Below are positions 25,620 through 33,314 of a stretch of DNA of 39,122 bases, piece by piece (the stretch's first letter is position 1; every line of letters begins with the position of its first letter). The stretch spans positions 1-39,122 of the forward strand of contig DXFB01000160.1 of assembly GCA_019114665.1 (NCBI GenBank), in the 5' to 3' direction. The notes beneath the pieces are model-generated. The model made no database searches. It saw only the letters and a list, made by a program, of their open reading frames with translations, and was not told the DNA's origin. The translations under genes and the position numbers were made by a program. Source of the stretch: Candidatus Barnesiella excrementipullorum. Its GTDB lineage: Bacteria; Bacteroidota; Bacteroidia; Bacteroidales; Barnesiellaceae_A.

Positions 25620-28600
25620 TTAGAAAGTAATATTCAAACCGCAAACAATCATGCGAGTAGCAGGATACCAGTCGCCCATTTCGGGGTCATAACCTTTATA
25701 CTTGGTAGCCGTGAGCAGGTTGTTTCCTGTAACATAGAGACGCAAGTTCTCGATGTATGCTTTTCTCGTAAGCTCGGCGGGGAAGGTATAAGACAGTGTC
25801 ACGTTGGCGAGACGGAAGAACGAAGCATCTTGCAACGATATATCGGTTTCACTACGCGAATAGCGGCCGCTGGCAAAGAATGCACGCGGGATGGTAGTGC
25901 TTGGATTATCGGGTGTCCAACGGTTGAGCATGTCGGCATGTGCCGTAGCCACGGGCATACCCGAAGTATTCAGGAGCGTCTCATACAGAGAGCTGACAGC
26001 CTTGGCTCCATAAGAGAAGTTGCAGAATATATCAAGCGAAAGACCTTTCCAAGAGAGTGTCGTAGAGAGACCGCCATAGAACAAGGGGTCGCTGCTACCG
26101 GCAATATAACGGTCTTTATCATCGATAGTACCGTCGTTGTTGCGGTCTTTGGGGAGCACGTCACCGGCTTCGATAATGCGACCGGTAGCCTCGGAATATT
26201 TCTTGGCGAGAGCCAAGTCCTCGGGTGTGTTTTGTATAATACGGTCGAACTCGTAGATATAGAAGTTATTGATAGACTCGCCGATGAAAAGGTTACCGGT
26301 CGTCTGGATTTCGTTGTTGCTATATCCGCCAAGGTTGTAGATGTAAGTAACATCATCATAGAGCTTGGTAACTTTGTTACGGTCGTGTGCGATGTTGAAA
26401 CCTACGGTCCATGTCCAGTCTTTGGTTTGTATGGGAGTTGCATTGATAGCAAACTCAACACCTTGGTTGGTCATACAACCCACGTTATCCATTTTTCTAA
26501 GATAACCCGACGAAGCAGCCATACTACGCATCATCAACAAGTTGTCGTTATCGATATGGAAGTAGTCTATCGAGAAGTTAAGACGGTCGTTCCATGCACC
26601 GAAGTCCAAACCTACGTTGACTTGTTTTTGCTCTTCCCAGCGGAGGTCGGGGTTACCAAATTCACCGCCATTGGTGAAGATAACGCTTTCGAGGCTGGTA
26701 GAGGGCGAGAAGATAGTGTAGTATTTGTAACGGTCGATATTTTGGTTACCGGCAACACCATAACCTACGCGAAGACGGAGGTTGTTGATGTCGCGAACCG
26801 ACTCCATGAATTTCTCATTGGCGATATTCCACGAAGCAGCCACCGAGGGGAAGAAGCCCCACTTGTGGTTGGGACCGAACTTCGAAGAACCATCGAAACG
26901 GCCTGTAAGGGTAATGTAGTAACGTGCATCGTAAGAGTAGTTGGCACGCAACATATAAGAAGCGAGGGTCGAAGCCCAGAAGTCAGAAGCATACCATACA
27001 TTCTCTTTATCGGCAGCACCGCTCATGTTTTTATAACCGAAGAGGTCGTTGCCGTAACCTTGTGCGTTTATCTGGTTGTAGTTGCCCGACAAGCGCGAGT
27101 AGCTCATAGAGAAGAGAGCCGATACGCGGTGTACGTCATTGAACGTATTGCTGTACTGTACCGAGTTATCCCAAGCCCACTCTACGTTGCGACCTTTCTT
27201 TTGAACAGATTGTCCGTCGCGACCGTTGTTGATACTCTCGGCTGACTTGGTTCCGTAGTAAGAGTAGTCTTCGTAGTTCTGGAAGTTGAGTGAGAAGGTA
27301 GAACGGATGTCAAGACCCTTGATGGGGTTGATATTGACATACGATGTACTGAGCAAACGAGAAGAGATAAGGTCTCTCTCGATATATTTGGTAAGCAGAG
27401 GGTTGGTAGCCGACTGGTTCTCTACCAAACCGGTGAGCATATAAGTATAGTCCTCGCTGGGTTCCAAGAGCGGACATGCAGTAAGTGCGCTATAAAAGAT
27501 ATCGCCCTTGCTGGGAAGCTGCTCAGAGTAAGAGAATGAGTTGTTGGTACCTACCTTCAACCAAGATTTTATCTCTTGCTCTACATTGACTTTACCTGTG
27601 AAACGCTCGTAACCGGTCTCTATAACCTGACCTTTCTGTTGGTTGTAGCCGAAAGAGATATAGATATTACCCTTGTCGGTAGCCTTTTGGAAGCTGAGCG
27701 AGTGGTTCTGTTCCAAACCGGGTTGTGTAACCATATCGAGCCAGTTGTAGCTCATGCCGTTGTTGAGGGCATTCAGCTCGCGCTCCGAGAAGGCCTGGTT
27801 ACGTCCGGGCTCACGGGTGTAGTAGATACGCTCTGCCTGACGTTGGATTTGCTCCTCGGTCCAGGTAGGATGTTTATAACGCAACTCGGAGTTGACATAC
27901 GACTCGGCACGGAGATCGAAGAGCTGCTCACCGTTGAGGAAAGGAATGGTTTTCGTAAAGTCTTGGAAACCTACCCATCCGTCGTACGAAAGGCGTCCCT
28001 CTTTGCTCTTACCTTTCTTGGTAGTGATAATGATAACACCATTGGCACCGCGGGCACCATAGATAGCCGTAGCCGAAGCATCTTTCAAGACATCAATAGA
28101 CTCGATATCGTTGGGGTTAAGTGCATCGAAACCGCTATCCATTACCAAACCGTCGACTACATAAATCGGGTTTGTTCCATAAGAGATAGAGTTGTTACCG
28201 CGCACTTTGATAGATGCCGTTTCACCGGGACGGGGGCTGCTCTTTACATACACACCGGGAACCCGTCCTTGCAGAGCTTGGTTAATATCGGCGGTAGGGA
28301 CATTCTTAATGTTATCGGCAGAGAGGTGTTGCACAGAACCGGTAAGGTCGCTCTTCTTCATGGCGACACCGACAACAACTACTTCATCCATCTCAACAGC
28401 ATTTTCAACGAGATAAATTCTCATCTCCTCCTTGGAAGTAGCCTTCATGGCAAGGTCATTGTAACCGATATAGGAGAATTGAAGCGTCTCACCATCCTTG
28501 GCTTTGATGGTAAACTTTCCGTCCATGTCGGTCATGGTTCCTACACTACTGTTCTCTTTTACGACAATGCTGACTCCCACCATGGGATCGCCCGAGCTTT

Positions 28601-28691
28601 TGTCGTAAACCACTCCTCGCACCTGTGCAGATGCAACCGCGGGAAGCGTCATCAACAACACTAAAAGTGTCCTAAATGAGTAATTTTTCAT
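25620..28691 (-). CDS. SusC/RagA family TonB-linked outer-membrane transporter
   Basis: 1023-aa ORF with signal 'LLVLLMTLPAVASAQ'. The CarboxypepD_reg-like N-domain shows 'VRGVVYDKSSGDPMVGVSIVV...DMDGKFTI'. The plug shows 'IESIDVLKDASATAIYGARGANGVIIITTKKG'. The C-terminal residue is Phe ('GLNITF'). Confidence 0.95.
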   Translation of the reverse strand: MKNYSFRTLLVLLMTLPAVASAQVRGVVYDKSSGDPMVGVSIVVKENSSVGTMTDMDGKFTIKAKDGETLQFSYIGYNDLAMKATSKEEMRIYLVENAVEMDEVVVVGVAMKKSDLTGSVQHLSADNIKNVPTADINQALQGRVPGVYVKSSPRPGETASIKVRGNNSISYGTNPIYVVDGLVMDSGFDALNPNDIESIDVLKDASATAIYGARGANGVIIITTKKGKSKEGRLSYDGWVGFQDFTKTIPFLNGEQLFDLRAESYVNSELRYKHPTWTEEQIQRQAERIYYTREPGRNQAFSERELNALNNGMSYNWLDMVTQPGLEQNHSLSFQKATDKGNIYISFGYNQQKGQVIETGYERFTGKVNVEQEIKSWLKVGTNNSFSYSEQLPSKGDIFYSALTACPLLEPSEDYTYMLTGLVENQSATNPLLTKYIERDLISSRLLSTSYVNINPIKGLDIRSTFSLNFQNYEDYSYYGTKSAESINNGRDGQSVQKKGRNVEWAWDNSVQYSNTFNDVHRVSALFSMSYSRLSGNYNQINAQGYGNDLFGYKNMSGAADKENVWYASDFWASTLASYMLRANYSYDARYYITLTGRFDGSSKFGPNHKWGFFPSVAASWNIANEKFMESVRDINNLRLRVGYGVAGNQNIDRYKYYTIFSPSTSLESVIFTNGGEFGNPDLRWEEQKQVNVGLDFGAWNDRLNFSIDYFHIDNDNLLMMRSMAASSGYLRKMDNVGCMTNQGVEFAINATPIQTKDWTWTVGFNIAHDRNKVTKLYDDVTYIYNLGGYSNNEIQTTGNLFIGESINNFYIYEFDRIIQNTPEDLALAKKYSEATGRIIEAGDVLPKDRNNDGTIDDKDRYIAGSSDPLFYGGLSTTLSWKGLSLDIFCNFSYGAKAVSSLYETLLNTSGMPVATAHADMLNRWTPDNPSTTIPRAFFASGRYSRSETDISLQDASFFRLANVTLSYTFPAELTRKAYIENLRLYVTGNNLLTATKYKGYDPEMGDWYPATRMIVCGLNITF

Positions 28692-28703
28692 GATAAATTG
28701 GTA

Positions 28704-30938
28704 TTAGTATTTGATGAATTGTAACGTTTTCTTCATATCGGCAGTAACGACGACAAAGCAATACACTCCTTTGTCGACGCCCTCTAACGAAACCGAAAAA
28801 TGCGAGGCGGGCAAAGTCGCATTAACCGGTACGACACGTCCCAGCATATCGGCCATATAGACTGCCGTGACGGGCGAGGCGCTCTCGACACTGACAGCCT
28901 CTCCTGCCGGACGATAGGAGATTTTTATGGCATCGTCGCCACCGGCTACGGTGTTCTCTATTCCGCCCTGCCCCTTGGGATAGATGCGCATGGCCATTCC
29001 ACCGCCATTGGCAAGGTAATAGGAAATCTTGCTTTCGCTATTGAGTTCTATTGTCTCTATGGCACAATCGGTGGCTTCGCGGTTCGACATATCGGTATCC
29101 TTTATGACGTATGCCTCATACTCTTCGCCGGGGGTAAGGAAAGAGAAGTCTATCTCTACCGTACGGCTGTAATTGCTCTCCTCGCGCAAAGCATTGTTCA
29201 TGGCACCTACATACCATTCATCGCCCGAGCGGCGGGCCATGACGATATATTCGCCCATTTCGCCCTGCAAAGGCAGCGTCTCATCCCATACGGTAGGCAC
29301 TCGTTTGAGGAATTCCATTATCTCGGGCACCTTACGGTACTCTACCGGCGAGTCGCTCACGAATCCCAGCGCCTGGTGGAATACAACATACATCGCCATT
29401 GCATTGGCCCGTGTGCCCCACATATCGGGACGACCCGTAGGCTTGATTCTGAAACGGCGATAAGTACAGTTGCTCAACATACCGGGAGTAGCGTCGACCG
29501 AACCGCCCAACATACGCAAGAAGGGGAACTGCACCATATAGGTAGGATTGCAGGAATAGTCCCATTTATTGTTTTCAAGCCCGTGTACGGCTTCGTAACT
29601 GATAATATTGGGATATGTACGGTTCAAGCCCGTGGGTTTGGGACACCCGTGCATAAGCAAGAGCATCTGCCGCTGGGCTGTAAGCTCGGCCATACGGGTA
29701 AGCCAACCGATAGCTATTTGGTCGTCGCGTGCTATAAAGTCTACCTTTATACCTGCGATACCATAGCGTTTGAAGCGGTCGAGACGGGCCTCATCGTTAA
29801 GCATCATGTTAAAGAAGTCCCACACAAAGATGCGTACGCCACGCTCGGCGGCATACTGGCACAACTCTGCCATATAACCTTCGTCCCAGCCGGCATCGCA
29901 GGTCATATATTCCAGGCCATACTCGGCACAAAAATCTACCCAGTATTTATAGAGTTCGAGGGTACGAGGCTCATCGGGACCGTTGGGGATGTCTACGCCT
30001 TCGAGCACACCGTCGACCAACCAGTCAAAACCCGTCTTACCGGCCTTTATCCAAGAGGTATCGGCCAGTTTCTGCGGTTTGGCGAGCTTATAAATAAAGT
30101 CGTTATTGAGCAACTCTACATCGCTGCGCGAAACAATAATACCGCGCCACGGATACTCACGCGTACCCACCGTACGGGCTATATAATCGTATCGCGACAA
30201 TACGGCCTGCGAATCGTAGATACTCGAATTTTGTATGGTATTGGGATACTGTGCCCACTTACCATGCAGGTGACCATCGGCCGAACTACGCAAGAACATG
30301 CCGGGATAATCATCTATATCAGATTCTATAATGGTAAGACCCAGGCCTGTATCTTCGTACTTTATCATCATGGGGTTGACGCTAAACAACCCGTCGGGAA
30401 TAGCGGCCGCCGACTCGTACTTTTCGTACGAAAGCTCCCACTGCGACATACTCTCGGGAGCCTCTGAGAACCATACCGCGGGGTTGCCGGCAAAAGTAAA
30501 GTCGACAACCTCGTCGGTAATGATTATGTCCCCGTCGATACGCGTTACCAAACGCCATGCCACACCCTCATCATAGGCGCGACACACGAGCGAATAGTCG
30601 CCCAGATTGAGCGTCATTTCATTGTAATTCTCGTAAACCGACGGATTTTCTCCTATAACAACCTTTATTTCACCTTCAACATGATTTCGTTCTACCGAAT
30701 TTATGACAGGATTACTGCCCACTACACCATACTGTCTGATATCCAATCCTACCGGGGTAGTGGCAAGCTGCTCGCCATCGACAAGCAGTGCAACCGCGAG
30801 CTGCTCTCCGGCGGAAACACTGAGTTGAATGTTTCCGTCGGGCGATGCAACTACGTAACTCTCTTGGGCGGCAATCGAGCCGCATGTACACGTTGCCGCC
30901 AAGAGCGATGATATCAACAACTTAAAAGACTTATTCAT
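28704..30938 (-). CDS. glycoside hydrolase family 97 with T9SS C-terminal sorting domain
   Basis: 744-aa ORF. GH97 motifs are 'YPWRGIIVSRSDVELLNNDFIYKLAKP', 'GLEYMTCDAGW', 'GIKVDFIARDD' and 'HGCPKPTGLNRTYPNIISYEAVHGLE'. It has about 85 extra C-terminal aa relative to the 2765-4747 paralogue, ending 'AVYMADMLGRVV...DKGVYCFVVVTADMKKTLQFIKY'. Confidence 0.9.
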   Translation of the reverse strand: MNKSFKLLISSLLAATCTCGSIAAQESYVVASPDGNIQLSVSAGEQLAVALLVDGEQLATTPVGLDIRQYGVVGSNPVINSVERNHVEGEIKVVIGENPSVYENYNEMTLNLGDYSLVCRAYDEGVAWRLVTRIDGDIIITDEVVDFTFAGNPAVWFSEAPESMSQWELSYEKYESAAAIPDGLFSVNPMMIKYEDTGLGLTIIESDIDDYPGMFLRSSADGHLHGKWAQYPNTIQNSSIYDSQAVLSRYDYIARTVGTREYPWRGIIVSRSDVELLNNDFIYKLAKPQKLADTSWIKAGKTGFDWLVDGVLEGVDIPNGPDEPRTLELYKYWVDFCAEYGLEYMTCDAGWDEGYMAELCQYAAERGVRIFVWDFFNMMLNDEARLDRFKRYGIAGIKVDFIARDDQIAIGWLTRMAELTAQRQMLLLMHGCPKPTGLNRTYPNIISYEAVHGLENNKWDYSCNPTYMVQFPFLRMLGGSVDATPGMLSNCTYRRFRIKPTGRPDMWGTRANAMAMYVVFHQALGFVSDSPVEYRKVPEIMEFLKRVPTVWDETLPLQGEMGEYIVMARRSGDEWYVGAMNNALREESNYSRTVEIDFSFLTPGEEYEAYVIKDTDMSNREATDCAIETIELNSESKISYYLANGGGMAMRIYPKGQGGIENTVAGGDDAIKISYRPAGEAVSVESASPVTAVYMADMLGRVVPVNATLPASHFSVSLEGVDKGVYCFVVVTADMKKTLQFIKY

Positions 30939-30943
30939 AACAA

Positions 30944-33121
30944 TTATTCTTCTGTAAGGCGTATGATTTTGCTCTCAAACTGGTTATACATCGGGAAGCG
31001 TATCCCGTACTCCATCAGATAAGCGCCTGTATATGTCTTGCCTTCGAGCGGAGTAAACCATGAGTAAGTGTTGGGAGCCTTGTTAAGCTCATTGAGGCGA
31101 TAGCGCTTCTCGGGGTCGAGACCTTTGAGATAAAGCACCTGGTTGTTTCCGCCATTGATAACCTTCTCCAACAGATAGGTAAATACCACGGCATCTTTCT
31201 TATCCTCGCTCACATACATCATCGCTGTGCGTACACTCTCGTAGGGAGAAAGGAGACGGTACAAATCGCCGTGTTGCACGATTTCGCGAATACCGTAATA
31301 CTCTTGAATGGCATTCTTGGAGAACTCTTTCTCTTCGGGAGTCATGTCTTTGGGTTGGAGGTCCATACCGAGTTTGGCCGACATGGCAACATCGAAGCGG
31401 AATTTGAGAGGCACCGTACGGCCTGTAATATGGTTGGGTACCACAGACACGTGGCTTGCCAATGCCATGGAGGGGAAGAAATAGGTTGCACCCCATTGTA
31501 TGAATATACGGTTATATGCATCGGTGTTGTCGCTAATCCAGAATTCGTCGAAATAACGCAGCGAAGCATAGTCGATACGGCCGCCGCCACCCGAGCAAAG
31601 CATGATGCTTACATCGGGATACTTGGCACGCACGCGCTCAAAGATGCTGAGCAATCCACGTACATATTCTATCCAGAGGTGCGATTGCTTCTCGGCGGGC
31701 AGGTAAAAAGAGCCCGAGTTGGTAACAAAGCGGTTACAATCCCACTTGATATAAGCGATACCGGGATTTTCGGTCATCGTATTGTCTACAACCGAATAGA
31801 CGAAGTCTTGCACCTTGGGATTCGAAAGATCGAGAATGAGCTGGTTGCGGCTCAGGTCGAGAGGTCGGTTGGGCTGGGTAATTACCCAATCGGGATGTTT
31901 TTCGTATAACTCGCTGGCAGGATTTACCATTTCGGGTTCGAGCCATATACCAAATTTAATACCGTTCTTGTCGGCCTCCTCTACAAGATAACCGAGCCCG
32001 TTAGGCAACTTATTCTTATTAACCTGCCAGTCGCCCAAACCGGCATTGTCCGAGTTGCGAGGATGTTTTGTACCAAACCAGCCGTCGTCGAGCAAGAAAA
32101 GCTCAAAACCCATCTCGGAAGCATCCTTAATGATACCCGAGAGTACCTCCTCGTTGAAATCGAAGTAGGTAGCCTCCCAGTTGTTGAGGAGCGTGGTACG
32201 GGTGCGGTCGCCGCGCCATATACCATATTTCTTGGCCCAACGGTGGAAGTTACGGGTAATACGTCCCGTTCCCTCATCGGAGTAAGAATAGAGCATACGA
32301 GGGGTCTCGAATTTCTCGCCTTTGGCCAACGAATATTGTCCGGCGAAGGAGTTGATGCCGCATATTACGTGCAGATTGTCCAGGTTATCGACATCAAACG
32401 TCAGATTCCAACTTCCGGGCCAGGCCAAAGTTCCGCCCAATACCCGGCCCGAGTTTTCCTGTGCAGGAGCATCGAGGCCCAGCAAGAAGCACGCATGGGC
32501 ATGTTGGTTGGAGCGAACTCCCAACTTAGATTCCAAGACCTTCTTGCCTCGGGTGAGCTGCATCTCCTTCATCTTCATCTCATCGGCCCACTCGCCATAA
32601 AACTGGGTGAGATAGTAGGTCGGCTCAGAGAAGAAAAGGTGCGACGATGCGTAGTTGTAGAGCATGACGGGCTTCTTCTCGTTGTGCGAAATCACCGTCC
32701 AGGCCTCTATAACATTCTCTTTCTGATAAGCATTGAAACAGAGCACCACATCGAACGGGAAGTAGGTGTCGCGCAGCGTAATCTCGGTATACTGCACGCC
32801 ATCGGCCTCTTGCGCCGTAGTATGCGATACGTAGGCCAGCTCGGTAGAGGTATTTCCATCGGCATGAACGGCTCGCAACGCGGGCTCATTGACATAAGAG
32901 GTTCCAAACGTCGGGAAAGCATCGTTTTTGGTCATTTGTACCTCGGCTGCATCACCGTGAATAGAACTGCCGAAATAGCATTGGCGCAGCTTGTTCTGGT
33001 CATCGACTTTATAAACGAGCTGTACATCTTGTGTTGAAATCGTAATTGTTTCTCCGCTGGCAAAAGCCTGAGATGCTGTCAGAGCAATAAGGCATGATAA
33101 TATAGTACTTTTTCGTGCCAT
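30944..33121 (-). CDS. glycoside hydrolase family 36 alpha-galactosidase
   Basis: 725-aa ORF with signal 'LSCLIALTASQAFASGE'. GH36 motifs are 'FELFLLDDGWFG', 'IAYIKWDCNR' and 'CSGGGGRIDYASLRYFDEFWISDNTDAYNR'. Confidence 0.9.
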   Translation of the reverse strand: MARKSTILSCLIALTASQAFASGETITISTQDVQLVYKVDDQNKLRQCYFGSSIHGDAAEVQMTKNDAFPTFGTSYVNEPALRAVHADGNTSTELAYVSHTTAQEADGVQYTEITLRDTYFPFDVVLCFNAYQKENVIEAWTVISHNEKKPVMLYNYASSHLFFSEPTYYLTQFYGEWADEMKMKEMQLTRGKKVLESKLGVRSNQHAHACFLLGLDAPAQENSGRVLGGTLAWPGSWNLTFDVDNLDNLHVICGINSFAGQYSLAKGEKFETPRMLYSYSDEGTGRITRNFHRWAKKYGIWRGDRTRTTLLNNWEATYFDFNEEVLSGIIKDASEMGFELFLLDDGWFGTKHPRNSDNAGLGDWQVNKNKLPNGLGYLVEEADKNGIKFGIWLEPEMVNPASELYEKHPDWVITQPNRPLDLSRNQLILDLSNPKVQDFVYSVVDNTMTENPGIAYIKWDCNRFVTNSGSFYLPAEKQSHLWIEYVRGLLSIFERVRAKYPDVSIMLCSGGGGRIDYASLRYFDEFWISDNTDAYNRIFIQWGATYFFPSMALASHVSVVPNHITGRTVPLKFRFDVAMSAKLGMDLQPKDMTPEEKEFSKNAIQEYYGIREIVQHGDLYRLLSPYESVRTAMMYVSEDKKDAVVFTYLLEKVINGGNNQVLYLKGLDPEKRYRLNELNKAPNTYSWFTPLEGKTYTGAYLMEYGIRFPMYNQFESKIIRLTEE

Positions 33122-33170
33122 AGTATTAGTTAATTAATTTGTGAATTCTCAAGCGCAGTATTAGACAATG

Positions 33171-33209
33171 CAAAGTAAACCAGAGGCGACAGTAATAAAA
33201 ATAGAGAAA
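33171..33209 (-). promoter_or_regulatory. putative activator-dependent promoter of the GH36-GH97-SusC/D operon
   Basis: Minus-strand reading gives TTTCTCTATTTT (33209-33198), then 19 nt, then TTACTTTG (33178-33171). The box ends 49 nt before the GH36 ATG at 33121. The block spacing is the same as at 9549-9587. Confidence 0.45.
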
Positions 33210-33221
33210 CCAACTATTCGC

Positions 33222-33239
33222 ATGGACAATCTTACTTTT
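33222..33239. promoter_or_regulatory. 18-nt conserved box ATGGACAATCTTACTTTT (copy 2)
   Basis: Identical 18/18 to 9600-9617. It lies in the 193-nt GH95/GH36 spacer. Confidence 0.55.
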
Positions 33240-33314
33240 ATTGCTTCTTACTCCTACATATTATTTTGTTTTAGCTATCTGCAAGTTACATATTATAGAG
33301 CTGTATCGCGTTTT

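Noticed and set aside
9600-33239. The two identical 18-nt boxes could be att-like direct repeats or MITE ends flanking a 23.6-kb inserted segment.
   Set aside because: No integrase, transposase or tRNA lies at either end. Similarity continues patchily beyond the 18-mer in a promoter-like pattern (T-rich block and -7-like box at fixed spacing) rather than ending sharply as at a target-site duplication. Promoter duplication or a shared operator is the simpler reading. A whole-genome count of the 18-mer would settle it.
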